Origin: Hyaloraphidium curvatum SAG 235-1
Lineage: Eukaryota > Fungi > Monoblepharomycota
Direction of reading: 5' to 3'
DNA: 64,000 bases
Assembly: GCA_025558095.1 (NCBI GenBank)
Contig: JAIVFI010000036.1
Coordinates: forward strand, 186,001 to 250,000
The notes under the pieces are model-generated. The model searched no databases, was not told the origin of the DNA, and saw nothing but the letters and a program-made list of their open reading frames with translations. Each line of letters starts with the position of its first letter. Positions within the stretch are counted from its first letter, which is position 1. The translations under genes and the position numbers were made by a program. This document shows positions 11,831 to 25,625 of the stretch, piece by piece.

Positions 11831-12855
11831 AAATCGATCAAGTTCGAGCGCAGGGTCTTCGTCGACTACCAACGAGCGGACGAGCCCTTCCTCGACACGG
11901 GGTGCATGTTCGTGCTCACGGCGACGCCGGAGGACGGGGAGGAGGACCCGATCGAGTGCCTCATCTTCGCCAACGAGCGCAAGCCGGGGCATCAGCTTGT
12001 TCTTCGGAAGCACTACTTCAGCACCGTGCTGGGTATCGAGGAACCCGACGCGGACGCAGACGGCTACGTCAAAGTTCTGCAGATCCGCAACATCATCAAC
12101 CAAGGCCCGACCGTAACCAGCGCGGTCCAACGGATTCATCTTCTCCGTCAAGGCTCCGGACGCCGCGTGGCTGGCCAACTTCGAAGAGTACAACGCAGAA
12201 ATCGACGAGGAGCTGGAGGGGATGCCGGAAAACCAGTTCGCGCAGGTGGGTTTCGCACGGCGATCGGGGATCGCGGCTCCATGTGACCGATTGCATCGCA
12301 GGACGTTCTCGCCAACCGCAAGGCCTTCAGGGAAGCTGCCAGGGAGGCTGCTGAAGAGCAGCTGGCGCTGCAGGAGGATGCTGGGGAGCAGCCGACGACT
12401 GCGGGAGCGCAGTCGACGGCTGGGGCGGCGGCAGCGACGGAGAACATCCCGCTCACGGCCGACGGTCCCTACAGGGTAAGTCGCCTTTGCGCTCCGTCGC
12501 GCGCATGCTGACAGCGACGCGACTTCAAGATGCCGCAGCTGGCGCTCAACGAGAAGGGCGAGATGACGTTCCCCCTCTGCGGCGACTGGGAGCTGCACGT
12601 CGCGGGTCACTTGAACAAAGGCCACCTGAAGAACACCGGAATCAAGATCGAGCGAACCTGCGAAGACTGCGGCTACACTTCGACCGAGAACCGGAACCCT
12701 AGCTTCTACCACAATGGGTTTGGGTTGTGGAGATGCGGGTTGGACCCGGCGCACACTCGGCGATCGGATTCTAATGCCTGACCGCGGGTGGGCGCTGCTA
12801 TTCCAAGCTCAAGAAGGCTGCGGCCCGCAGAACCAAGAACGCTGCGGCGGCGTGA
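11831..12855 (+). pseudogene. 5'-truncated, intron-containing gene fragment with C-terminal CX2C-X21-CX2C (GATA-like) finger
   Basis: GT-AG introns 12113-12152, 12246-12301 and 12476-12529 join one acidic ORF. A degenerate 4th intron (12735-12787) would complete CEDC...WRCGRCYSKLKK. Confidence 0.6.
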
Positions 12856-13132
12856 AGGCTGTTGTATGTCGGACATGGATTGCCGGAGCTATGGAGGTGC
12901 TATTTTCGAGGACATTGTGTATACCCTACGGAGTGTATGGAGCAAAGATACCCCATCAATTCGATTCCTGGCGGCCATTTCGCAGAATAGTTTGAATTCC
13001 TGGGACCTTTGGCAGCCTCCGTTCGGGGTTTCGGGGCGTGGGGTATAGGTCGCGGAGAAGACTTCGATTGCCAAAGCGCGGACGCCTCCCAACGCAAGGG
13101 CCATTTCCGAGGTTTCGGACGATGCGGAGGGA

Positions 13133-13293
13133 AGAAGGGCATAGGAATCCGATTGGCACATGCGTACACATCTATCCAGGCGGCGATCAGTACACCTGAA
13201 GGGTTTGGCGAGCGGGGAGGCGGGAAACGATCGGAGACGAGGCCCGGGGCAAAGGCGGAAGTCAGCAACACCTCCAGGGAACCGGAAAACGGC
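13133..13293. repeat. 161-bp direct repeat, copy 2 (functional SDH1 3' end)
   Basis: Copy of 11670-11830; contains the SDH1 terminal exon VY*. Confidence 0.95.
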
Positions 13294-15784
13294 CAAAAAC
13301 TCGCCCTTTTTACCGGGGGCACTGTCGAGCATTCCTTTTCGTCGAGGGTGTTCATCTCGACGGGCCGGTAGCCGAGCGTGACCTTGTCCGCGTCCGCGTC
13401 GAACCACGAGAGGGTGTGCTTCATCCAGTTCTTGTCGTCCCGTTCCTGCGGCGCGCACAAGACTCCGTCACCCCGCGCAAGCGCCCCCAGCACGAGGGAA
13501 TCCCACCGTAAAGTCCTCCCGGGCGTGGGCACCGCGCGACTCCTTGCGGGCCTCGGCCGAGTACATGGTCTGGGCCGCGCAGCCCAGCAGGTTCTGGAGC
13601 TCGAGAGTCTCGACGAGATCCGTGTTCCAGATCATGGAGCGGTCCGTAGTCTTGATGTCCTTGAAGTCCTTGACGACCTCGGTGATCTTGGTCACGCCCT
13701 CCTCCAGCGAAGACTGCGTGCGGAACACGGCGGCATCGCTCTGCATGACCTTCTGCATCTTCAGGCGCAGGTCCGCGGTGGGAGTACCGCCGGTGGCGTA
13801 GCGCAGCTTGTCGAGGTTGGCAATGGTCTTGGCACCCGCGTCGGACGCCAGGGGCTTGTGCGCCTTGCCCGGCTCCAGGGTCGAGGCAATGTGGTGCGCG
13901 ACGGCGCGGCCGAAGACGACAATGTCGAGCAGGGAGTTGGCGCCCAGGCGGTTGGCGCCGTGCACGGACACGCAGGCCGACTCGCCGGCGGCGTACAGGC
14001 CGGGGATGATCTTGTCCTCGCCGTTGATGTGCGTGACGACCTCGCCAGTGTACTTTGTCGGGATGCCACCCATGTTGTAGTGCACGGTGGGAATCACGGG
14101 GATGGGCTCCTTGGTGACGTCAACACCTGCCGAGGGCGGGGTTCAGAAACCGGTTCCTGAGTGGAGTCATCTGCAAACCCCCTCACCGGCAAAGATGGCC
14201 GCGGTCTCCGAGATACCGGGCAGGCGCTCGTGAAGCACCGACGCGGGCAGGTGGCTGAGCTGGAGGTAGATGTGGTCCTTCTCCGGGCCGACACCGCGGC
14301 CTTCGCGGATCTCCATGGTCATGGAACGCGAGACGACGTCGCGGGACGCAAGGTCCTTGGCCGTCGGCGCGTAGCGCTCCATGAACCGCTCGCCGTTCGA
14401 GTTGAGCAGGTAGCCACCCTCTCCGCGCGAGCCCTCGGTGATGAGGCAGCCAGAGCCGTAGATGCCGGTCGGGTGGAACTGCACGAACTCGAGGTCCTGG
14501 TTGGGCAGGCCGGCGCGCGCCACCATGGCGTTGCCGTCGCCCGTGCAGGTGTGCGCCGAGGTGCACGAGAAGTAAGCGCGGCCGTATCCTCCGGTGGCGA
14601 GGACGGTCTTATGCGCGCGGAACCGGTGGAGGGTGCCGTCCTCCATGCAAAGGGCAATGACACCGCGGCACTCGCCTTTCACACGTGTCAGACCGGCAGG
14701 GAGGCCGGTACGATCGATCCTCACCGTTCTCCATGATGAGGTCAAGGGCAAAGTACTCGACGAAGTAGGTGGCGTTGTACTTGAGCGATGCGCCGTACAG
14801 GGTGTGGAGCAGGGCGTGGCCGGTGCGGTCGGCAGCGGCGGCGCAGCGGTAGGCCTGGCCGCCTAGGGGACGAACACGAGCTCAGTATGCTTCCAATCTG
14901 CCCGCGTGGCCGCTACCGACCCTTGCCGAACTTGAGGCTCTGGCCACCGAAGGCACGCTGGTAGATCTTGCCTTCCTCGGTCCGGGAGAAGGGCAGACCG
15001 TAGTTCTCGAGCTCCAGCACGGTGTTGGGAGCCTCCCTGCACATGTAGTGGATCGCATCCTGGTCCCCGAGCCAGTCACTGCCCTTGACGGTGTCGTACT
15101 GAACGAGGGTCGCCCCGGTGTCAGCGAGAAAACGGATCGGCCCCTCGGCAGCGCAGGCAGAGGCCTTGCCAGCTTCGCAACCCACCATGTGCCACCTCCA
15201 ATCGTCCTCGGTCATGTTCCCCAGAGCGGCGTTGATGCCGCCCTGCGCGGCCACGGTGTGCGAGCGGGTCGGAAACAGCTTCGTGATGCAGGCCGTGTTG
15301 AAGCCGGCCTCGGCGAGACCCATGGCCGCACGCAGACCGGCGCCGCCAGCGCCGACGACCAGCGCATCGTAGGTGTGGTCAATGATCGGGTAGGCCTGGG
15401 TCGGCGCGTCCTGCTCCGGGAGACGGTCGTTGGTCTTCGACCAGACGTAGGTTCCCGGGTGCTCCGCACCTTCGCGACCTGCGCCCAGCGTGCACCGGTG
15501 GCTCCGTATCCCGAGATGATGCGGTGCGCAGGAGTGGTCGACGAGAAGAGCCGTGCCGAGGCCGGGGCTGCACATGGGGCGTCCGCGTGAGCCGAGGAAC
15601 GGCAGGTGTGGGAAGCAAGGCTCACCCTTCGGCGCCGCAGCCGTCTGCGTGGGCGCGCAGCAGTTCCGGTGTGGCGATGTGGATGGCGTCGGCAACCGGT
15701 GGCGTTTGGGAGGCGGCCCGTCAGGAGAGCGCGGGCCGGCGCGACCGAGGAACGCACGAGGCGAGAGGCGGCGAAGCGAAGCAT
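13187..15784 (-). CDS. SDH1: Succinate dehydrogenase flavoprotein subunit
   Basis: [54 protein letters not shown]; ends PPVKR|VY* via GC-AG intron 13196-13304. Confidence 0.98.
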
Positions 15785-15953
15785 CGTGTTCCAAAGTGCT
15801 TCGCGTCCACGGGGCGCTCTTGGGGTGGCCTGCGACAGCGGATCGGCCCTGGTGTTGATGGACGCTCGCTGCTAATTAGGCGGCGTCAAGCCCTACACCG
15901 TAAAAACTAGCAGGTACTATTTCGCTCGCGGCGCGTCGCGCGTCCGCCTCGGG

Positions 15954-16339
15954 ATGTCGGCTGCGCCGCAGACGCGCGAGAATTTCTACCACGAGCTCGC
16001 CGTTCGTGCGAACGCGTCCTCTATCCTGTTCGTGCGCGCGTGTGTGTCCACGATCGCGGGCGCGGCGGCCGGCATCCTGGGCCTCTCTGGACTCTACGGC
16101 TTCGTGTTTTACGCGGCCGTTTCCCTCCTTACGGGGGCATTGCTCTTTGTGCTGAAGACCGAGGGCAAGCCGCGGCTCTACTTCAAGGACTGGTCCGGCA
16201 TCTGGTTCGATGAAGTACTCGGCAACCTCTTCAGCTTCGTGCTTTTCTGGACTTTAGGTGGGCATTGATCGGCCACCATGGTTATCGAGGCTGACGGCCC
16301 GTTCCCACAGCGTTCAGCTTGGTGCATGTGTTCGAATGA
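15954..16339 (+). CDS. EMC6: ER membrane protein complex subunit 6
   Basis: IAGAAAGILGLSGLYGFVFY...FSFVLFWTL; one intron near the 3' end. Confidence 0.9.
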
Positions 16340-16406
16340 CCTCCGTCACGGTGGTGCAACAACGATACCCCTGCAAGAAGATCTACATTGCCCGACACAG
16401 GACCAT

Positions 16407-19400
16407 CTATCCTTCACCGGCTTCCCCAGCCCTTTGCTGGCGTTGACGCAGTCCGTTGTCGCCGGGAATCCCGACGGCCGGGGCAACAGCCCCACCCTCT
16501 CCCCCGCCCGCGGGTCCAGCTGCGGGGCCCATGAATCCGTTGGCGACCACCGGGGCTGCTGCTGGATATGGCTCCCCCCTCCGCCCGCGCACGTAGAGCA
16601 GCAAACCGAGGATACCGAGGAGCACGACGATGAGGACGTTCTCCGTCGTCGATTCCACCACGGCGCCCTGTTTCTCCCACCACTCCCAGCTGTCGCTGTC
16701 CGAGTCCTCGGCGGTCCGCGGCTCCGTTCGCTTCTCCCCCGGTGCGGGGAGGGAGTCTAACGGCACAACCACCTGCTCGTTCTGGGTCCGGGGTTTCTTC
16801 GGGGCGCCACGCCGTCCTGCCCCGCTCGACGCCGGAAGTCCGAACAGGGAGAAAAGAAGCTGCTTTGCCCGAAGCTTGGCGAGAGCGACGGTAATGGGCA
16901 GGTATCCCTCCGGATTGGTCGACAGAGAGCGGTCGTAGTACCGTTTCGCGAGATGAAAGTCCCGCTCCACGCCAATGCCGCACTCGTGCATCCAGGCCAG
17001 ATTCCACATCGCAAGAGAGCTGTGCTCCGAGTCGGCTGCCGTCTGGTAGTACATCGCAGCGCGCTCAAAGTTGGGCGTACCATCGGTCGGATGCCCGAGA
17101 AGATATGAAGTGAGTCGAGCCCACGCCGACTGCCGTGAACCGGGAGGTTTCGGCGCCGAAGCACGAGGCGGCTCCCGTTCCTGCTGCTTCTCTGTCTGGG
17201 CGCCTTCCTCCGCTTCGCCCGCCGACAAGGTGGCGGTGCCCGTCGCTGGCGTATTTGGTCTCGCGTGCTTCGCTCCAACAGACTGCACCGCCTCGTGGCC
17301 CAAGCCGTAGTAGTAGTAGTCTCCGACTTTGACCCTGGCATCGACGTTGCCCTGGTTTGCTGCCCGATTCCAGTAGACAAGTGCGAGTGCCCACGGATCG
17401 CGATCGGGTCCGAACACGGCGGAGTTGCCCGCAGGGTACAGCCCTGCAATCTCCGTGTCAGCAAAGACGGCTAGCACGTGTGCGCGTCGCGGGTTACCTT
17501 GGTCAACCATCCACGCAGCGTTTGACTGGGCCACTTCGTAGCCGCGTTCCGCGCTCAAGCTGTAATCAAGGAACGCCGTCTCCATGTCCTCGTCATAGTA
17601 GGCATCCAGCGCGTCCTCCATGAGCGGGTCGTGCCAATCGCCTCTTTCGCTAACGCTCTTGAAGAACTGCAATCAAGGGGTTAGCACCCAGCACATGGAC
17701 GAGAGATCGGACAAACGCACCGCAGCGGCAACCATGCAGTTGCTCTGTGTCCCTTGCCCTTCGAGATACATATCTCCGAGGCGGAACATCGCCAACAGGT
17801 GGCCTTGCCTGGACGCCAGCGTGAAGTACTTCAGGGCATTGGTGTATTCCTTCTTCCCTTGCCCTAAAGGAAGCATCGGAGCAAGCCTTAGGTGCTGCAA
17901 CAGTAGGAAGCTCGCTGAACCTACGCAGGTAGAGATCCCCCAGGTTGGCCTGCGCGTTTGCATTGTTGTGCTCGGCTGCTTTGAGGAACAGCTGGTAGGC
18001 CCGCTTCAGGTCCCTCGGGACGCCTCCCGTGCCTTCCAAATACATCGTGCCCAACCCATTGAGGCTGACGGCTTCGTTGTGCTGCGCGCCCTTCTCGAAC
18101 CACTGGCGAGCCGTCACGTTGTCCATGTCGACGCCCTCGCCACGGAGGTACATTTGCCCAACCTGGCCCGCCGCCTGTGCGGCCGCGTTGAGGCGCTGGG
18201 CATGGGCGTGCGTGATCTGCACAGGCCCGCCATTGGGGTTTGGCGGCGGAGGATCATACTGGGCTGCGGCAAGTTGGAAATAACGTAGCGCCTGTCGGTA
18301 GTCCTGAGCGACGGCCGCCGTTCCGCTGTGGTAGAGCTGGCCAAGCAGAAACTGCGCCGTAGCATCCCCACGTTCTGCGGTGTACTGCCAGTATTGTAGC
18401 ACGTCATCGGGCGTGAGGGCCCCGTCGCCCGTGTTCCGGCCGCCGGGGTTGGGGTTGCCCGCGCCCGACGCTCCGGATCCGAACGTGCCTCCTTCATCGT
18501 CAGCCAACCGGTGCTTTGACGGCGGCACAATGTGACCGCCGGGAGGACCCGTTTGCCAGTAGGCGATCGCTGTGGAGACGATCAGCCAGCCCTTCCGCAG
18601 CAGGCCACTACGGCGGACGTACCCTTCTGTGCGGCTTTACGGTAGTACCACACCGCTTCGTCACAATTCTTCTGTGTGCCGATTCCTGCAAGGTAACGGT
18701 ACCCCAAAGCCATCTCCGACGATGGGTCCTGTCCAAGGGCCGCAAATGTGTAGTAGAGCATAGCCTTGGCCTGGTTCTGCTTCGGCGCCCCGAACCCCGT
18801 GGCGTACATAAAACCCAGCATCCCTTGAGCTGTGGCATTCCCATGCTTGTCCGAGCACAGCGAGTACAGCTCGAACGCGCGGGTCAGGTTTCGCGGGTGC
18901 CCGAACGGCGCAAACTACGATTACGACACGTCAGCATATCACTGACAGAAGCAGGAACTTCAACCCACAAAATTGAGCTCCGCCAGCACGAAAAGCGCCT
19001 CCTCGTTTGCCTTGTCGAAGGCGAGCGTCTCCAAGGTCCTCAGCGCCTTCGCACGCTTCACATCGTCTGGATCCGAGTCCGCAAGCGCAGGGAGCTCCTC
19101 CAACCCGTCCGCTTTCGCAAATTTAGCGACTGGAGGTCCCTTATGCCCTCGGGCCCCAACGATACCGAGCACGGGGCCGACGACGCGGTTGAGGGTCTGC
19201 CAGTGCCGCTGACGCGAGGAAGAACCCGACCCGTCCACGCGCGGAGACAAGGAACGGAGGAGAGCAATCGAATCCTGGGCGAGCTCCGTGTAGTCCGCAG
19301 TCGCGTCCGATGAGGGAGGTTGGAGCTCCGCGCCTGGAGGTCGGGCATTCTCGTCGGACCCAGGCAAGCCGCCGCCACGACGACGTTTCTCACCGCCAAC

Positions 19401-19610
19401 GGCTCCGTCGCTCGGCACGTCGCTCGTATCGGTGCGTTCCGGCACTCCCTCTGCAGCTTCCGGGTGTCTGGATTCCGCTTCCCCCTCGACAATATCCTCG
19501 ACGCGCATGTGGACCGCAATCGCGCCCCGCAGAGCGGGACCAGACGCAAGCAAGACGCACAGGACGGCCCAGAGAAGCCATCGTCGGCGACTGCGGCCCG
19601 AGTGGCGCAT
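16407..19610 (-). CDS. HRD3: ERAD adaptor SEL1L/Hrd3 (Sel1 repeats, signal peptide, C-terminal TM)
   Basis: Signal peptide; [20 protein letters not shown]; [11 protein letters not shown]; [27 protein letters not shown]; C-terminal TM helix. Confidence 0.92.
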
Positions 19611-19765
19611 CGCGTGCTTCTGCGGAAGCCGGAAGCGCGGCGACGTGGCACTTATTGCGGCGGGACGTACCGAGCCGACGTGATATTCGCGCGCGACGCT
19701 ACCACAACAAGAACCTCGCCCAGCTTTCCCCGACCCCTTTGCCCCCGGTTCGGGCGGTCGGGACG

Positions 19766-21226
19766 ATGGCGAAAGCGGAGGGCAACAAGCGGAAATGGTT
19801 CAGCGATCTCGGGGTCATTGACCAGCTGTGCGAGGCGTGCCAGCGGCTCGGGTACAAAGAGCCCACGGAGATACAAGTGCAGGCCATTCCACAGGCGCTG
19901 GAGGGCCGGGATATCATTGGACTGGCTCAGACGGGCTCGGGCAAGACCGCTGCCTTTGCGCTGCCCATCCTCCAGGCGCTGTGGAATGCGCCGCAGCCGT
20001 ACTTTGCCTGCATCATGGCCCCCACCCGTGAGCTCGCTATACAGATCAGCGAGCAGTTCGAGGCACTTGGTTCCACCATCGGAGTGCGCTGTGCGGTGCT
20101 CGTGGGCGGAATGGACATGATGAGCCAGTCGATCGTGCTCTCCAAGAAGCCGCACATCATCGTGGCCACGCCCGGCCGGCTCGTGGACCACCTGGAGAAC
20201 ACGAAGGGCTTCAATCTGCGCAACCTTCATTACTTGGTGCTGGACGAGGCGGACCGCCTTTTGGACCTGGACTTTGGCGACGAAATCGACAAGGTGCTCA
20301 AGGTCATCCCTCGCGAGCGCAAGACCCTGCTGTTCTCCGCCACGATGACGAGTAAGGTGGAGAAGCTGCAGCGGGCTTCCCTCGTGAATCCGGTCAAGAT
20401 TGAGGTGGCGGAAAAGTGAGCGTGGTGCTTGAGATGATCGAGGCTCCAAAGCTGACCCATGACCCAAGGTACACGACCGTGGCGACCTTGCTCCAGTACT
20501 ACCTCTTCTTCCCCTTCAAGTACAAGGAGTGCTACTTGGCCTACGTGCTCAACGAGCTTGCTGGACAGACCGTCATTGTGTTTGCGCACACCTGCGCGCA
20601 CGCGCAGAAGCTTGCCCTGATGCTGCGCAACCTCGGGTTCCCGGCGGTGTGCCTTCACGGCCAAATGAGCCAGCCGAAGCGTTTGGGCGCCCTGAATAAG
20701 TTCAAATCAGGGGAGCGTACCATTCTGATTGCCACGGACGTTGCCAGCAGGGGCTTGGACATTCCGAGCGTGGACGCGGTGATCAACTACGACGTTCCGC
20801 AATCGTCCAAGGACTACATTCACCGCGTCGGCCGCACGGCACGCGCTGGGCGCTCGGGACAGGCCGTCACTTTCGTGACGCAGTATGACGTGGAGTGGTA
20901 CCAGCGGATCGAGACCGCGATCCAGAAGAAGCTGGACGAGTTTCCCATCGACAACAAGGACAATGTCCTTGTTTTGCAGGAGCGTGTGGCGGAAGCCGTA
21001 CGGTTTGCGCACATGGTGGGACGAAGTACGCCGTTCTCGATGCCGTACCTGACGCCGACTCCCTTGTTCTCAGCAAATGAAGGAGGAGGACTCCAAGTCA
21101 CGAAAGCGCGGCCGCGAAGACGGAGACGACAACCGCGATGCCAACGACGATATGGGCATGAGTGCAAAGGATCGCCGGGGCGGGAAGAAGAAGTTCAAGA
21201 CCGCCGGTGTGCGAAAGAGCAAATAG
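19766..21226 (+). CDS. RRP3: DEAD-box rRNA helicase Rrp3/DDX47
   Basis: [60 protein letters not shown]. Confidence 0.95.
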
Positions 21227-21365
21227 GTCAACCAGGCCTTGTCTGATGAATGTCGTGAATTTGAATGGATGTAAGCTACATTCTCCATGGGCCCGGGCAT
21301 TAGTGGATATCGTGTCATTCTGCCTCATTTTGCGTGGTCTTCTCTTGTCCGCGGCACGGCGCCGC

Positions 21366-23300
21366 TCAGTCCTTGGCATCCATGATTCCGCCCTCGCCGA
21401 TTCCGTAGACCTGCAAAAAGGTTCGCGTGGTCAATCAAGACCACGGCAGAGAGCCTAGGTAGCTTACGCATTCAGATTCCGGGAGATCGGGCGAGTCGTA
21501 GATCTGCAGACTTGGGTGAGCCTCACAAGCTTCTGCTGCCCGATATGCATACCTTGGCGATCCTCTGCTCTCCGCGTCCCTTCCGCAAGCTGAGCCGGGT
21601 GGTGCTCGCATGGGCAAGGACGTGACCACCGATGGGCTTCTTGGGATCTTGCACGAAAGTCTAGCAGAGCCGATGTTAGTGGGGCCCCCAACCGCAAGCA
21701 GCGATGACCACCATTCCCGCACCCTATATGCATGGCAATGCGATGGAAAAGGCAAAAGGGAGTTAGCAAAGCAGCTAGCGGGGCCCGATCGCGACTTGGC
21801 GCACCGGGTCAGAGCACATCTGCCAGAGGCATCAGCCGCCGATCATGCACCGGAAACCCTGTTGCATTTACCTGGTTCGTGATGAAGACCGCGACGTTGA
21901 ACTCCTCCGCAAGGCGCATGAGCTTCGCCATCATGATTCCTGATGTGGCGATTAGAGCATGGTGCCAACCCCGTGGCAATACGACCAACCGAGTTTCTGC
22001 TGCCTCTCCGCCAGCTCTCCGCGTCCGCTGTAGTCGGTCCTGAACAGAGCAATGATGGAATCGACGATCTGTGCAGATGTCAGCCACAAGTCAGCCAAGT
22101 TGATGCGAAAACCTCACCAGAAGCTTGAAGGCACCGCGTTCCTCGGCGAAGCGAGCTCCGAGTTCGTTGATCAGCTCCATCTGGTGCTCGCTGTTGAAGG
22201 CCCTTGCGACAATGATGTTCTCCTTGCATGCCTCCCCGTCGACACCGAAACGCTCGGCGATCTTTTCGATGCGGTCAGGCCGGAAGGTTCCTAAAAGAGA
22301 GAAATCAGCGCCATCAAGCAAGTGTGCGAACATAAGGAAACCTTCTGTGTCGATGAAAGCCTGGAAAGACCGGCAGGGTGGTCAGAAAGGATCGTTTGTG
22401 CATCGGACAACTACGCACGACTTTGCCGTTGGCTCCGCCGAGGCTGGTCGGAAGCTGGCACACGACGGCGAGAGTGTGGGCTGAGGAGAGAGATTAGACA
22501 GGCACGGTTGCATTGCCTGTACCGTTGTGTCTCACAGATCTGGGTTTTCTGGAAGCCGGGAGTGGCTTAGAATCGAGATGGTAAGAAAGTGGCAGAGCTA
22601 CAGCTTACCCCGGTTCTGAATTCGCCGAATGCCTCTGTTATGCTGAGGGACTGAATGCCTCCGCCGAGGAGTTTGCTGCAAAGGAACAGAGTGGCAGTCA
22701 GATGCATACGTAGGCAGAGTGCACTGAACCCACTCGAATTCCTTCGATCCGGTGGAAATCCTCACGACCTGCTGGCGGCGGACGCCCATCTCGGTTGCGG
22801 TGAGGAAGCTGTTCGAAATGAGCTTGGCAGCGGCCTGCGGAGGGAGAGTGTGAGCACCGATCGGCAGATCTGCCGTGCATGCGCACCTCGCGGATCTTCT
22901 CGACTTTGCTCTCCGACAGCCCCTTGATCTTCAGCAGAGACTTCGTAATCGTCATCTGGACGCCTGTTGAGGTGCGGAAGATTGATCAGCATGTTTTGAA
23001 CGGAGGCCCCGAGAGCCGTCCACGTACCGCGGACCGTGGCGATACCGGCCGCCTTGAGCTGCGATCGGCACATGAGTGAGACAAGGTTTGGAAACATCGC
23101 GCGGTGTGCGAGATCTGACCTTGGCAATGTCGGCAGCGCCGATCCCGGCCTGGCGACGCGTTCCGTGAACGAAGAGAACGCGCAGGCGTAAAGGAAGCTG
23201 CGCGGCTCACTTTCTGGAGTTCCTCTATCTCAATGAAACCGATCTCAGTTTCCTCGTCAAGGAGTTCTTCCTGGGGGATCTCCTGCTCCGCGAGGGCCAT
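21366..23300 (-). CDS. DMC1: Meiosis-specific recombinase Dmc1 (many introns, microexons)
   Basis: [20 protein letters not shown]|[70 protein letters not shown]; these are Dmc1-type rather than Rad51-type. Confidence 0.9.
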
Positions 23301-23607
23301 GGCGACGCTGGTTGATCGACGGTTCGGGTGGAAGCTGTGGCAGAATTGGGCCGGGTCGCGCGGCGCGACGACGTGAGATAGCGTGCAGTGCGACGCAGGA
23401 ATTGCCAGTACAGAGGCGGGCGCGGGAGTCGCGGTGGGCGCGGGAAAGGTGGATGTGGGATTATCGATGAGGCGCGATCTTGATGGCGCGCCTCACTTCA
23501 TTCGCTTTCCCGACGAACCCCAACAATTCCCTCGTGAAACTAACGAGCGACAACGAGATGCACAAATCGTGATGCCGTGTATTGAGCTCCCCGGTATTCT
23601 TCTTCTA

Positions 23608-25344
<1,737 letters not shown>

Positions 25345-25625
25345 CGCGACGGTGCCGGCGGAGAGACGGGGTTCCAAGACGGGCGAGCTTTAGGCCGATA
25401 CGACGACCTGGACACAGCGCGCTCCGCGCAGCCGCGCTGGCCCCCCAATCACAGCTCTCCAAATCTCCCCCCGAAGACTGGAACGGGCACTGCACGGACC
25501 GAACGAATCAGACAGGCATTGCGTTTCAGCACTTGGAAAGTGCCGTAGCTCCGCGTGGGACGGGAGGACGGAACCGGTGCCGCCGCTGGGGCAAACAAGC
25601 GGAGTTTGCTGGAGACGGAGCATAG

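Noticed and set aside
11670-13293. LTR retrotransposon or TRIM
   Set aside because: The repeats are host SDH1 sequence, lack TG..CA ends, PBS and PPT, and the interior has no gag/pol
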